Shown: in pieces, positions 44,083 through 53,978 of the stretch
Numbering within the stretch: position 1 is the stretch's first letter
Layout of the letters: every line of letters begins with the position of its first letter
IMG/VR virus record: IMGVR_UViG_3300028804_000005
Location: 811-64,810 of that record
DNA length: 64,000 bases
Source of the DNA: a virus
Direction: 5' to 3' (one strand)
The notes under the pieces: generated by a model
What the model was told of the DNA's origin: nothing
Seen by the model: only the letters and a program-made list of their open reading frames with translations
Database searches by the model: none
Translations under genes and position numbers: made by a program

Positions 44083-46200
44083 TCAGGGTGTGAGCTGCGT
44101 GTGGACGCCGGCTTCGTTGACCGCCCACTCGTTGCCGTCGCCGTCCCAATACTTGATTCCGCCGCCACTCGGCGCGGTCGTCGGGATCGTCGTGTAAGTC
44201 TTGCCGAACAGCACGCCAACGCCCGAGCCGAAGCTCCCCGTGGCGTCGAACAGGCTGAAGTTGTGTCCCTCGACGCTCACGATTCCGCCGGCGACGCTGC
44301 CCGTACCGGCCTTCAGTGCGAGCTGCGACCCCGTGCCCGTCGTGACGTTCATCGCCTGGAGCGTCATCGTCTGCGGCGTCGTCGCGTGCGTGGCTTGTTT
44401 CAGTGTGGGAGCCGTAACCGTCGACTTCCATTCAACAGTGGCGACGTAGCTCGAGATCGCGCTGGCGCTGACAGTGGCGAGGTCTACAGTGTGCCCCGCG
44501 CGAAAGTAGATCGTGCCTCCGGCGGGCGCGTTGAGCAAAGTCGCTGACGAACTCTCCAGCAACACGTAGTTCGCGCCGGTCGGCGCAGTGCCCGGAATCA
44601 ACCATAGCGCGGTGTACGTGGTCGGAGATCCAGGGTACGGCCCCATGGCCGCCTGAGGCGACCCGCCGCGTGTCAAGATCAGTGCGCCCTCGACTATGCT
44701 CGCCCCGGCCGGCGCCGACAGCGCGATCGTGACCCCGACCGCATCGCGGTTTGCTCCCGATGCCGAAGCGTATGGTGCCTGCGGCGTCAGCACGAGCGCT
44801 GTCGGCGCGGCGTCAGTGGTGCGCGCCGCGTGGAAGATGCCCGCTGCCGTGACGCGCTCGTGAAAGCGCACGCCGGCCGCGTGCAGCCCCAGCGCGCCGC
44901 TGGTGCCGTACATGATAAGCCCGCTCGCCGGGTCGCCCGTAGTCGGCGCAGTGGCCGCGTTGGCGATGTAAACCACGCGGTCGCCTGTAAGCGCCGGCAT
45001 CTCCGTGGTTGTGAGATCAGCGCCGAGCGCCAAAGACACTACTCGGCGTCCGGCCGCCACTTCGACAGCCTCGATCATGGTGCCGGCTGCCGCGTTGATC
45101 CCGACGCTGGAACCCACGATGCTGGTTGCGACGGTCGCGTCGCCCAACGTGGTCGTGTCGTTGGCGGTCACACCCCACGTCAGCACCGCGCGATCCGTGC
45201 CCGGCGTGTTGCTCTCGCCGTACACGCCCATCGCATGAGAGAGACGGATGGCGCCGGTGTCGGCGGGGTCGGCACCGAGAGCGATGTAGGTCGCGGCCAG
45301 CGAGGTGACCGTGGGCGTCGCGGTCCAGGTGTTCGGCGTGCCGCCCTGCAGCACGGTGTTCGCGCCGCCCGACGCGAGCTGCGACGCAGCAATCGCCGCC
45401 GAGGCCGAGAGGTTGCTCGTCGTCAGCAGCGTAGACTCGATCGCCGTCGCGCCAGCGTTGACGTGCAGGACGGTGTTCGCCGCGCCGAGCCCGATGCCCG
45501 TGCCGCCATTCGCCACGCCGAGCACGCCCGTCACCGCCGCGGCCTGCGCGAGATTCAGCGCCGCGCCGACCCAGGTGGCGCCGTTCCAGGTCAGCGGCTG
45601 GTAGTTGGCGGTGCCGTTGGCGAGGCCGGTGTCGAGGGCGAATGTGAGCGAGGTCGTGTTCAGGACGATTGGATCGTCCGTCGTCACCTTGAAGGTGCGC
45701 CCGGCGTAGAGCGTGCCCTCCGCGATCGTGACTCGCGTGCCGTCGGAGAACGTCTCGGTGTTGCCGTCGCCGTCGACCGTGCGCCTGAGGATCCAGGGCG
45801 TGCCCGCGTCGCCCATCTGGACGACGTCGTAGGTGCCATTGTCGGCTCCGGCGGCGCCATGCCAGAACAGCAACCGCCGAGCGCCCACGGTCAGCGTGAC
45901 GCCGTCCTGCGCCGCCAGCACACCGTTGGCGTTCGCCGTGATCGTGTCGCCGACCCGCGTATAGGCCGGGAGCGCGGCCGAGCTCGCGGCCGTCACGCTG
46001 TCTTTGTAGTCGGAGGCCAGCCCGCCGCCGCCGGCCGTGCTCGAGATCGTGATATTGGTGCGCCCGTTGGCCGCGTCGTCCGCAGCCACGATCGCGACGT
46101 TGGATCCAGGGATCAGATTGAACGCCTTACGACGCGGTGACGCGAGCACCGAGTCGACGAAAACGTCCTTGAACCCTAGCAGGTCATCGAGCCAGCTCAT
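44083..46200 (-). CDS. Tail fibre protein
   Basis: 705 aa Thr/Ala/Gly-rich; DYKDSV..QDGVTL..NGTY..V.EGT, TGVLGVANGGTG motifs; follows baseplate genes. Confidence 0.8.
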   Translation of the reverse strand: MSWLDDLLGFKDVFVDSVLASPRRKAFNLIPGSNVAIVAADDAANGRTNITISSTAGGGGLASDYKDSVTAASSAALPAYTRVGDTITANANGVLAAQDGVTLTVGARRLLFWHGAAGADNGTYDVVQMGDAGTPWILRRTVDGDGNTETFSDGTRVTIAEGTLYAGRTFKVTTDDPIVLNTTSLTFALDTGLANGTANYQPLTWNGATWVGAALNLAQAAAVTGVLGVANGGTGIGLGAANTVLHVNAGATAIESTLLTTSNLSASAAIAASQLASGGANTVLQGGTPNTWTATPTVTSLAATYIALGADPADTGAIRLSHAMGVYGESNTPGTDRAVLTWGVTANDTTTLGDATVATSIVGSSVGINAAAGTMIEAVEVAAGRRVVSLALGADLTTTEMPALTGDRVVYIANAATAPTTGDPASGLIMYGTSGALGLHAAGVRFHERVTAAGIFHAARTTDAAPTALVLTPQAPYASASGANRDAVGVTIALSAPAGASIVEGALILTRGGSPQAAMGPYPGSPTTYTALWLIPGTAPTGANYVLLESSSATLLNAPAGGTIYFRAGHTVDLATVSASAISSYVATVEWKSTVTAPTLKQATHATTPQTMTLQAMNVTTGTGSQLALKAGTGSVAGGIVSVEGHNFSLFDATGSFGSGVGVLFGKTYTTIPTTAPSGGGIKYWDGDGNEWAVNEAGVHTQLTP

Positions 46201-46211
46201 GGAGGGATCTT

Positions 46212-46841
46212 TCAGGTCGGGGAGATGAGGCCGTGGAGGTTCAGGAGACCCAAGCCGATCACTCCGTTCGTGTTGCCCTCGCCGTCGATCTTGACGAAGT
46301 AGCGCTGTCCACCGTCGTGAGTCAGGTTCTCGCTCAGGCCGCTGATCGTGACCGCGTGAGGAACCTGGTAGGCTCCCGTGCTAGCCGCCGCGTCGAGCAT
46401 CGAGCCGACCAGCGTCGGCGCCCCGGAGCTCCCGGGATCTTGGCGATACAGCCAGAGCTTGGGCATGGGCGACGGGAGGGCTCCGTGCCCGGCAGCTCCG
46501 CAGAGCACCGCGGTGATCGTGGTCAGCGTGACGTCTTTGGGGTGCGTGAGCTCGAGGTAGAGCGGATAGTTCGTGGTGACGTCGTTCTGGAACAGCGCGC
46601 CGGCCGAGCCCGCCGCCATCCACCCCCACTTGCCAGCCGATGCGCCGGTGACCGGCAGGACGATCAGCGGGAAGCGGATCGGGTCGCCAACCGTGGCACC
46701 ATGGATGCGCTTGCGCAGGTAGGCCGCGCGGTTCGCCGCTCCCTGCATCATGGTCAGGAAGTTGGCTCCGTTCAGCGCGTCACCGTCGGCAATCGCCTGC
46801 GCAGGATCGGTGAACGTATCGACGTCAGTGATGTTCTGCAT
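46212..46841 (-). CDS. Baseplate/fibre-attachment protein
   Basis: QGAANRAAYL fibre N-terminal motif; position. Confidence 0.55.
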   Translation of the reverse strand: MQNITDVDTFTDPAQAIADGDALNGANFLTMMQGAANRAAYLRKRIHGATVGDPIRFPLIVLPVTGASAGKWGWMAAGSAGALFQNDVTTNYPLYLELTHPKDVTLTTITAVLCGAAGHGALPSPMPKLWLYRQDPGSSGAPTLVGSMLDAAASTGAYQVPHAVTISGLSENLTHDGGQRYFVKIDGEGNTNGVIGLGLLNLHGLISPT

Positions 46842-46856
46842 TTGGAGGTGAGTCCT

Positions 46857-47582
46857 TCAATCGAGGGCCGTGTCAATTCCTTGCGTGATGCCGCCGCAGA
46901 TCACGCCCGAGCCCGCGACTAGCCCGGTCCCGCACGTCGGCGCGGTCTCTTCGAGGATGATGCGGAGGCAGACGATGTGAGCGGCGCGCCACTTTTTGAC
47001 GATGCTGCGCAGGGTCGAGACCACGGCGATGCTGGCGCCGGTCCCGCAGAGCACGCTCGAGCTGGCGACAAGCCCAGGTGTGCCGCAGATCGGGATCGGC
47101 GCCGGGGTCCATGCCGTTGCCGGGACGAAGACCCAGAAGCGCGACCACCAGCTCGTGCCCGTCTTGGGGTGCGTGAAGGGCGGCCGCAGCCACTCGCCGA
47201 ACAGGTTGCCGGTGACGGGGTGAGTGCGCTTCGGTGTGTAGACCTTCGAGCCCGTGAAGCCAGCGAGCCCGAGTTGCGTTTCGATCGCTGTCTTGCTGCC
47301 GGCGCCCTGCCACGTGGTCCACGCGGTCTTGAGCCTGGACAGGTACTGCGCCGCCGTCTCGGTGGCGTAGCGCTGCATGTTGCGCTCCTCGCCGTCGAGG
47401 TCCAGCGCGTCGTCGGTGATCGCGTCGCGGTAGAGGTCCGGGGCGCGCAGCGCCTCCGAAAAGCCCTCGGCGATCACGTCGAGGAGTAGGGCCTTGACAC
47501 CCATCCAGCGCTCGCCGAAGTAGCCGCGTGCCCAGCGCGGCGAGAGCGCGGTGGCGAAGAACTCGCGGTAGTTCGAGGCCAT
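46857..47582 (-). CDS. Baseplate wedge protein (P2 gpI / Mu gp48-like)
   Basis: DALD..GEER...Y..RL..AW...GS; KKWRAAH; follows gpJ. Confidence 0.7.
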   Translation of the reverse strand: MASNYREFFATALSPRWARGYFGERWMGVKALLLDVIAEGFSEALRAPDLYRDAITDDALDLDGEERNMQRYATETAAQYLSRLKTAWTTWQGAGSKTAIETQLGLAGFTGSKVYTPKRTHPVTGNLFGEWLRPPFTHPKTGTSWWSRFWVFVPATAWTPAPIPICGTPGLVASSSVLCGTGASIAVVSTLRSIVKKWRAAHIVCLRIILEETAPTCGTGLVAGSGVICGGITQGIDTALD

Positions 47583-47585
47583 GGC

Positions 47586-48737
47586 TCAGACCGAAACGAA
47601 GTCGTTGTCGGCCGGCAGCGAGCCAACCACCGCGACCTCGTTGACCAGGAGCGGCGTGTCGCTGTTCGGCGACGTCATGGGGAAGGACTTGACGCCGGGT
47701 GCCGACGTGACGGCGCCGATGAGCTCGCTCTTGGGCACGACGCCGGTGGTGGCTGGCGGCAGGATGACGCCGCGGATGTCGAGCCCGTTGATGTAGTCGC
47801 GGAGTCGCTGCCGCACAGCCTCGCGGCCCGCAGCCGTGTTCTTGCTGGCCTCGATGAAGATCTGGCCGACGATGTTGATCGTCTTCTCCGTCGCGGCGAA
47901 CGCCGTCGTGGTTGCGCCCGCAGCCTCGTAGAGCGTGTAGAGCGCCTGCACGTCGGTCACGTTCTGGGCCGAGGCCGTTGCGGTCGGACCGGCCAGGTAG
48001 CAGTCGGTGAACCCGGTGTCCCGCGAGTTGGTCTGGTCCACTCCGACGCGCGTCACGCCAGCGACGCCGAGCGCCATGTTCCGGTAGGCGTCGGCGGGGC
48101 GGCCCAGCGAGAAGAGCGCCCACTTCGTGATGTTGCGGGTCCGGAGTGCCGCGTCGCTCTCCTCGTCGGCCCCGGCGGTCGTGTACCAGGTCGAGCCCGT
48201 GATGACCGGGTTCGAGACCGTGACGCCAGCGAGCGGGGTCGCGAGCACCGTGATGGTGTTCGTACCCACGTTCCGGCTCGAGCCCGCCACCTCGGCCTCG
48301 AAGATGATCGTGTCGTTGGTCGTGCCGCCCGTGAGCGTGCCGCCCGTGACGTTCCGGTACGTGTAGCCGTTGGTCGCGTCCTTGACGACGAGTTGGCCGA
48401 TCGTGATGGTGTAGGGGCCAGAACCCGCGGCCGTGGTGAGCCGGAGCGGCCCACGCGTCCGCACCGCCGCGATCCTGGTGTTGTCGTAGCGGCTCTTCGA
48501 GAAATCGGTCAGGAGCGCGCCGGAGGCCAGGGCGTTGAAGCCCGCCTCGGTCATGATCCGGACCGCGATCGTGAGGTCGGAGCCGCCGGTAGCGAACGCC
48601 TCCAGCATGGTCCGGCGGATCGAGCCGGACTGCCACGAGCTCGCGTTGAACCCGACCGCACCGAGCTGGTCGATGAGCCACTGAATGGCCTCGGCCTTGC
48701 TGACCGGGGTCAGGAGTTGTGCGATGGAGAGCGCCAT
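47586..48737 (-). CDS. Baseplate J / Mu gp47-like protein
   Basis: EAEVAG..N, VSNP..GADEESDAALRTR, AYRNMALGVAGV. Confidence 0.88.
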   Translation of the reverse strand: MALSIAQLLTPVSKAEAIQWLIDQLGAVGFNASSWQSGSIRRTMLEAFATGGSDLTIAVRIMTEAGFNALASGALLTDFSKSRYDNTRIAAVRTRGPLRLTTAAGSGPYTITIGQLVVKDATNGYTYRNVTGGTLTGGTTNDTIIFEAEVAGSSRNVGTNTITVLATPLAGVTVSNPVITGSTWYTTAGADEESDAALRTRNITKWALFSLGRPADAYRNMALGVAGVTRVGVDQTNSRDTGFTDCYLAGPTATASAQNVTDVQALYTLYEAAGATTTAFAATEKTINIVGQIFIEASKNTAAGREAVRQRLRDYINGLDIRGVILPPATTGVVPKSELIGAVTSAPGVKSFPMTSPNSDTPLLVNEVAVVGSLPADNDFVSV

Positions 48738-48741
48738 GGTT

Positions 48742-49110
48742 TCAGCCGGTGGAGAGCAATTCGACCGTGAGGTTCTTCGGGTCGATGACGAGCTTGATGG
48801 GGCCGTCGACGCTCGTGAGCTCGACCGTGATGGTGAGGTCACCCTCGGAGTCGAGCGTGAGGTCGACGTCGGCAGAGAGCGTGCGCTCGTCCTGCTTCGC
48901 GACGGCCTCGAGCGCCGCGCGCTCGCGTGACGGCGTGATGCCGGCGTTCAGGAGCAGCGCGACGTCCTTGCCGTACTCGGGATCGTAGAAGAGCCCGGAG
49001 TCGAGGTAGCGGCGCGCGATGGCCTGGGGGTAGGCCGTGACGCCATCGACCTCGGAGAGGTTCGCGTCGATGTCCGTGATGCCGGAGAAGTCGGAGCCCA
49101 GGTCGGTCAC
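48742..49110 (-). CDS. Baseplate wedge protein (gpW/gp25-like)
   Basis: LGSD..QAIARR..YDPEYG.D..QDER; precedes gpJ. Confidence 0.65.
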   Translation of the reverse strand: MTDLGSDFSGITDIDANLSEVDGVTAYPQAIARRYLDSGLFYDPEYGKDVALLLNAGITPSRERAALEAVAKQDERTLSADVDLTLDSEGDLTITVELTSVDGPIKLVIDPKNLTVELLSTG

Positions 49111-49367
49111 GTGACGGGTCCTGTTCCGGTTCCGGCGCCCGCCGGGCACACGGTCACGCTCGAGACGACGGCGTTGGCCTGCACGTAGGACACGACCGCG
49201 ACGGCGTGCGCCGTGCATCGCGCCGCAAGCCCGGTCAGTAGAGCCGTCTTCATCCCGGCGCTCAGTGACGGGTCGCCGGAGATACCTCCGGACTCGGCAT
49301 CAAAGAGCGCCTTCGCCATGCCGGTGCCGACGCCCGCGGCGTCGACGCTGCCTGCGATCATGGGCAT
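49107..49367 (-). CDS. Small baseplate-region protein
   Basis: Coupled ORF ending GTGTGPVT. Confidence 0.55.
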   Translation of the reverse strand: MPMIAGSVDAAGVGTGMAKALFDAESGGISGDPSLSAGMKTALLTGLAARCTAHAVAVVSYVQANAVVSSVTVCPAGAGTGTGPVT

Positions 49368-49849
49368 CAGGTCACCTTGAGGATGGGAGTGGTGAGGGGG
49401 AGCAGGTAGCCGACGTTCCCCGCGCTGAGCACGGCGGCGAGTGCGGCGGCGGCGGTAGCGTCGCCGGCGGTGCCGGCTGGGAACCACTGCGGCGGGAGCA
49501 GTGCGAGCGATCCGGAGTTCTGCGCGATCAGCACCGAGCCGATCTTCGCTGTCCCGCCCGAACTCCACAGGGCGGCGAATGGCCGTTTCGGGTCGCCACC
49601 CTCGAAGCCGAGCAGGACCCGCGGCGACTTCGAGACGTCGAGTTCGAGCGTGATCCCCGGAAGCCCGTGGCGAAGCGGGATGCCTTGAAGACCGCCCGCC
49701 TTGATCGACGCGTCGTCCGGGTCCACGTCCACCGTGTCGCCGTTCTGGGCGCGCACCGTGGCGGGGTAGAGCTTGAGGAACGGGCGCTCGCGCGTCGCCC
49801 AGTCCACGAGGGCCTTGAAGCCGGCCAAGAGCTGGTCGAGGTCAGCCAA
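49367..49849 (-). CDS. Baseplate spike (OB-fold, gpV-like)
   Basis: ATV..TVDVDPDD..IPL..G.PG..RVLLGFEGGDPKRPF. Confidence 0.7.
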   Translation of the reverse strand: MADLDQLLAGFKALVDWATRERPFLKLYPATVRAQNGDTVDVDPDDASIKAGGLQGIPLRHGLPGITLELDVSKSPRVLLGFEGGDPKRPFAALWSSGGTAKIGSVLIAQNSGSLALLPPQWFPAGTAGDATAAAALAAVLSAGNVGYLLPLTTPILKVT

Positions 49850-50483
49850 ACCAGACCTCGGAGCGAGAACGCTCGGCTATGAGGTGGGCGACGCGCCTCA
49901 CCTGCTGCCCCATAAAGGTCACGCCGGGCAGGAGCTCGGCGCGGTCCGTCGCGATGACGGCCACCTTCTCCGACGGGTCGTAGGCCTCGAGCACGTGGTC
50001 GAGCTTCTGCTCGGGGTAGGAGTCGCGGCCCACCCAGACCGAGCCGTCCCGCTTGGTGCGCCAGTTGGCGCCGAGCTCGTCGATGACCAGACGGGACAGG
50101 ACGCGACCGGCGGGGCCCTCCTCCCGTGTCCAGAAGGGGAGCAGCGTTGAGAGAACCGTGGAGTCGGAGTCGAGCGCGAGCGCCTCGCCGGTCTCGCGGA
50201 GGATGTCCTCGATGACGGCGCGCGCCAGCGCGGCCCGGTAGTGCTTGGCCGGGAGCGCGTTTGAGAGCCCGCCCGCGCCGCCTACCACCAGAACACGCGC
50301 CCGGTTCCCGTGGACTCCGCCGGTGCGAGCGGTTCCCCGAAACTGCAATCCGCCGTCGTCGATCACGACGCGGCCGGTGGGCGCCTCGTCGGCGGAGGCC
50401 TGGGCGTAGGCGGTCCAGGGCCCCGTGAGCGCCATTACCAGCCTGGCCTCGAGCAGCGGGGCTCCTGCGAGGGTGGCCGTCAT
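49842..50483 (-). CDS. Baseplate hub-like protein
   Basis: Position between tube-initiator-like gene and spike. Confidence 0.55.
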   Translation of the reverse strand: MTATLAGAPLLEARLVMALTGPWTAYAQASADEAPTGRVVIDDGGLQFRGTARTGGVHGNRARVLVVGGAGGLSNALPAKHYRAALARAVIEDILRETGEALALDSDSTVLSTLLPFWTREEGPAGRVLSRLVIDELGANWRTKRDGSVWVGRDSYPEQKLDHVLEAYDPSEKVAVIATDRAELLPGVTFMGQQVRRVAHLIAERSRSEVWFG

Positions 50484-50791
50484 ACGGTGAGAACCTCTCC
50501 GTTCGTGATGAACCCGTGCCAGCCACAGCCGCCCTTCTCGCGGCTCCGGAGGATCGACGGCGCGAGCGTCAGCGTCTCGAACGTGTCGCCCTCCCGCTGC
50601 CAGCCCTGGGCCTCAAGCTGAGGGCCGCCGTCGAGCGGGTTCGCGAACGGCACGTAGAGCAGGCTCTCGCACCCGCACGGGCAGTTGCACATGAGCCCAA
50701 CACCGCGGCGCTCTGGCATGGGCTGCCCGTTGCGCGTCACGCCCTCGCCGCGGGCGCCGGGGAATGTCGGGTCGAGCTCGGTGAGCCTCAC
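50480..50791 (-). CDS. DUF6527-like zinc-binding protein
   Basis: CPCGC..W..LTLAPSI..CGWHGFITNGEV. Confidence 0.7.
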   Translation of the reverse strand: MRLTELDPTFPGARGEGVTRNGQPMPERRGVGLMCNCPCGCESLLYVPFANPLDGGPQLEAQGWQREGDTFETLTLAPSILRSREKGGCGWHGFITNGEVLTV

Positions 50792-51555
50792 TTGACGTTC
50801 TCCTGAGCCGTCTTCGACGGCGGCGCCGCCGTCTTCTTGCACTTCGAGGCGATGGCGGCGTAGAGCGCGCCCTCCTCGGCCTTGGCGAGCTCGAGCGCTG
50901 CGGACGTCTCCTTGACCCTGGCCTTTGCGGTCGATAGCTGCGACGTCGAGACGAGTTGCTGGTTCGTCTGAAGCTGCCCGTAGACCGCGATGGCGTCGGC
51001 GTTGGCGGCCTGGAGCGACTCGCGCTTCGACGTGGCGGCCTGCGCCTTGGCGGACAGCGCCGCGCACGACTCGTTGGCTCCGACCCCTTTGAGTCCGCCC
51101 AGGCCTGGCGCGTCCGGCGGCTTCGGGGTGTACGCGGTCGCCTCGATGTCGATCTTCCACCCGCCCTTGGCGGTCGGGTGGTCGAACTCGATGTCCTCGA
51201 CGATGATCGCGGACACCCCAGCCGCGGCGCAGTTGGGGTGCTGAATGTCGAGCGGTTTCCGCTCCACCCCTGGCTTCGGGGCAACGATCGGCAGGATGTC
51301 GCGGGACCAGACTTCGAGATCGGCCCGGTTGATCAGCACGATCCCGATCCGTACCGTCGGCGAGTCGGCGCCCTGGTCCTTTGGCTTCGCGCCGGCCTTC
51401 GCCTTCGCCTTCTGCTTGTCGATCTTGGTGACCGGGAGCTTCACCTTGACGGTGGGAATGCCGGGCACGAAGACGCCGCCGAGCCTCAGCGCGTCCCAGG
51501 CGTCGTCGAACGCACCGCTTTCCTCGGGCTCCGACCAGTGCGGGATCTGCGGCAC
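50788..51555 (-). CDS. Tail tube-initiator-like protein
   Basis: PLDIQHP motif; position after tape measure. Confidence 0.5.
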   Translation of the reverse strand: MPQIPHWSEPEESGAFDDAWDALRLGGVFVPGIPTVKVKLPVTKIDKQKAKAKAGAKPKDQGADSPTVRIGIVLINRADLEVWSRDILPIVAPKPGVERKPLDIQHPNCAAAGVSAIIVEDIEFDHPTAKGGWKIDIEATAYTPKPPDAPGLGGLKGVGANESCAALSAKAQAATSKRESLQAANADAIAVYGQLQTNQQLVSTSQLSTAKARVKETSAALELAKAEEGALYAAIASKCKKTAAPPSKTAQENVK

Positions 51556-51556
51556 G

Positions 51557-51922
51557 TCACACCTCGTAGTCGAGCGCGCGGAGCGCGGCGCAGGTCGCGA
51601 CCGCGACGCGGTGGCGGAGCATCATGTCCTCGGGCCCCGAGAGCGCGCCGCGCGTGTTCGCGACCGCGGAGCTCAGGGCAATCTGCGCCAGGTTCACGAG
51701 CTCGCGCGCCCCGTCGTTCGTCGAGCACGTTGGCGGGTCTAGAGACGAGATCCCGGCCGCCTGCTCGGCGGCGCTGACCGTCCTGGTCGGCGCCTCCATC
51801 TCGACCCCCGTGATCACGGCGGAGAGCGTCTCGCCGTCCTCGGTCACGGCCACGGTGGGGTAGCCGTCCCGGTCGAAGGTCGCGGTGGAGCCCTCGACCG
51901 TCACGTCGGCAATCGTCGCCAC
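51557..51922 (-). CDS. Hypothetical tail-region protein
   Basis: ORF immediately after tape measure. Confidence 0.5.
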   Translation of the reverse strand: MATIADVTVEGSTATFDRDGYPTVAVTEDGETLSAVITGVEMEAPTRTVSAAEQAAGISSLDPPTCSTNDGARELVNLAQIALSSAVANTRGALSGPEDMMLRHRVAVATCAALRALDYEV

Positions 51923-51923
51923 G

Positions 51924-53774
51924 TCACGCCCCCGCTTCGGCCTGGAGCTGGCGGAAGGCCGAGGCCAGGTTCGCCATGAAGGTGCGCTGGAGCTCGTCCA
52001 CGATCTCGGGCGCGTTCTTCCCAGCCCCGTCGATCGTGATGGGCATGTGGACCGTCAGGGGCCCGCCGCCGAGCCCGCCCATTCCGCCAGCGGCCCCGCC
52101 GACGGCTCCGCCGGCCATCTGAGCCGACGCCGAGACGACGCCGCCCGTGCCGCCCTGGAGGCCGCGCTCGAAGCCCTCCGTGGCGAAGCCGCCCAGCTCC
52201 TCGAAGACCTTGGAGGGGGACCCGATCTTGAGCACGGTGGCCGCGCTCGTGATCGCCGAGGTCGCCACGCTCTTGACCGCCTCGATGACGCGAGCCGCGC
52301 CCGCCGAGATCCCGTTCACGAGACCGTCGATGATCGAGGTCCCGAGCGTCATGGCGGCCGAGGAGAAGTTGCCGAAGAAGGCCGCGATGCGGCCGGGCAG
52401 CCCGGCGATCCAGGCCACGGTCTCGGCGATGAACTCGCCGATCGCGACGCCGGCTCGGAAGATGGCGACCGGGATCGCAACGAACACGGTCACGATTCCG
52501 GCGAGTACTGCCCCGGTCAGGGTGGCGGCGCCGATGACGAGCGCGAGCGCCTGACCCAGCAAGCGGGCGCCAGAGGCCGCGTCCTTCGCGTCTACGCCGA
52601 ACACCTTGAGGATCGGCCCCATGGCCTCCGTGAACCCCTTGCCCACGTCCTTGAGCGGGGCGAGCCCTTCGATGAGCCCGCCCGCGAACTCCTTGACGAG
52701 CGGCCAGGCCTGCTTCAGCGCACCCAGGACCGACGTGAAGCCGGCCACGATGCTGTCGAGCGCGGCTTTGCCCTCCGGGCTGTCCAGCGCCGCCATCAGG
52801 TCCTTGGTGATCGGGCCGAGTGCATCCACCAGCGGCTTGGTGATCCGCTCCCCGAGTCCGATCAGCAACGCGGCGCCCTTGGCCTTGAAGACGTTTGCCA
52901 TGCCCCTGAGCGTCGACATCGCGAACTTCTCGCCGGCGTCGCCCGCGTTCTTGGACCCAGTCTTGATCTTGATCGCCTCGCCGATGGCCGCGATGCCCTG
53001 GTCGGCCGTGATCTTGCCGGCCTGCATGAGAGCGCGGACCTGGTCGTTCGTCTTGCCCAGCGCCTTGCCGAGCGACGTGATGACGAGCTCGGTCGAGACC
53101 CCACGCTCCGCGAGCTGCAGAAGCTCTTCGGCCTGGACCCGGCCCTTGGCCTTGATCTGGCTGATGGCGGTGAGGGCGCCCTGGACCTCTTCGGTGCTGG
53201 CACCGATGGCCTGCAGGTCGGCGCCCATCTTGAGGAGCTGCTCGGCCATGGCGGGCTTGAACTGCATCGCCAAGAGCTTCTGGAACGTCTTGACGCTCTC
53301 TTCTACCGGCAGCCCGAACTTGACCGCCAAGGCGACGACGCGCTCGAACTGTTGGCCCGCGTTCGCGCTCCCGTGCATGAGGAGGGAGAAAGCCAGCTTC
53401 GATTGCTCAGCGAACGCGGCCGCCTCGACGACGCCGCGCGCGAACGAGGCGACCAGGCCGAGCACAGCGAGCGTGGCGTTCTTCGCAGCCCCGACGATGC
53501 CCATGATCGCGTTCGCCGCAAGCGTGCCGACCGTCACGCCGTGCGTGAGCCCGCCGAACATGTCCTTGAAGGCTCCGCTCGCGCTCGAGCCGGCCTTGTT
53601 GATCACGTCCGACATGCCGGACGCCTCGGCTTTGATCTTCGACAGAGCTGTCGCGCCGGCGGCCGACGCTGCTCGAGCGGCCGCCTCGACGCCACGGAAC
53701 GCGTTCGCGACGTTGCGGACCGGACCTGTCGCCCGATCCGTCGCTTTGATGACGATGTCGGTCGCGTCAGCCAT
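51924..53774 (-). CDS. Tape measure protein
   Basis: AISQIKAKGRVQAEELLQLAERG tape-measure domain; IIDGLVNGI..IGSPSKVF. Confidence 0.9.
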   Translation of the reverse strand: MADATDIVIKATDRATGPVRNVANAFRGVEAAARAASAAGATALSKIKAEASGMSDVINKAGSSASGAFKDMFGGLTHGVTVGTLAANAIMGIVGAAKNATLAVLGLVASFARGVVEAAAFAEQSKLAFSLLMHGSANAGQQFERVVALAVKFGLPVEESVKTFQKLLAMQFKPAMAEQLLKMGADLQAIGASTEEVQGALTAISQIKAKGRVQAEELLQLAERGVSTELVITSLGKALGKTNDQVRALMQAGKITADQGIAAIGEAIKIKTGSKNAGDAGEKFAMSTLRGMANVFKAKGAALLIGLGERITKPLVDALGPITKDLMAALDSPEGKAALDSIVAGFTSVLGALKQAWPLVKEFAGGLIEGLAPLKDVGKGFTEAMGPILKVFGVDAKDAASGARLLGQALALVIGAATLTGAVLAGIVTVFVAIPVAIFRAGVAIGEFIAETVAWIAGLPGRIAAFFGNFSSAAMTLGTSIIDGLVNGISAGAARVIEAVKSVATSAITSAATVLKIGSPSKVFEELGGFATEGFERGLQGGTGGVVSASAQMAGGAVGGAAGGMGGLGGGPLTVHMPITIDGAGKNAPEIVDELQRTFMANLASAFRQLQAEAGA

Positions 53775-53777
53775 GGG

Positions 53778-53978
53778 TCAGCGTTTCTTCTTGCCGAGCG
53801 CCTCGATGAACTTGCCCACCATGCGCAAGTTGTCGAAGGCCTCGGCGACGAGCAGGGCGCCTGCCCGGTAGCGAGCCGAGGGCGCGCCCTTGGAGTCCCT
53901 CTCGCGTTCGTGGAACGCAGAAAGCGCGCGAGCGGCTACCACTGGGTACCGCTGCGAGCGCTTCCACTCGCTCAGGCT
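53778..53978 (-). CDS. Tail chaperone GT extension (-1 frame, no own start)
   Basis: Open -1 frame SLSEWKRSQRYP...IEALGKKKR* from CCAAAAAG to just before the tape measure ATG. Confidence 0.7.
   Translation of the reverse strand, partial: SLSEWKRSQRYPVVAARALSAFHERERDSKGAPSARYRAGALLVAEAFDNLRMVGKFIEALGKKKR

Noticed and set aside
37552..46200. Diversity-generating retroelement or invertible tail-fibre cassette
   Set aside because: No reverse transcriptase or invertase, and no TR/VR pair or flanking inverted repeats seen
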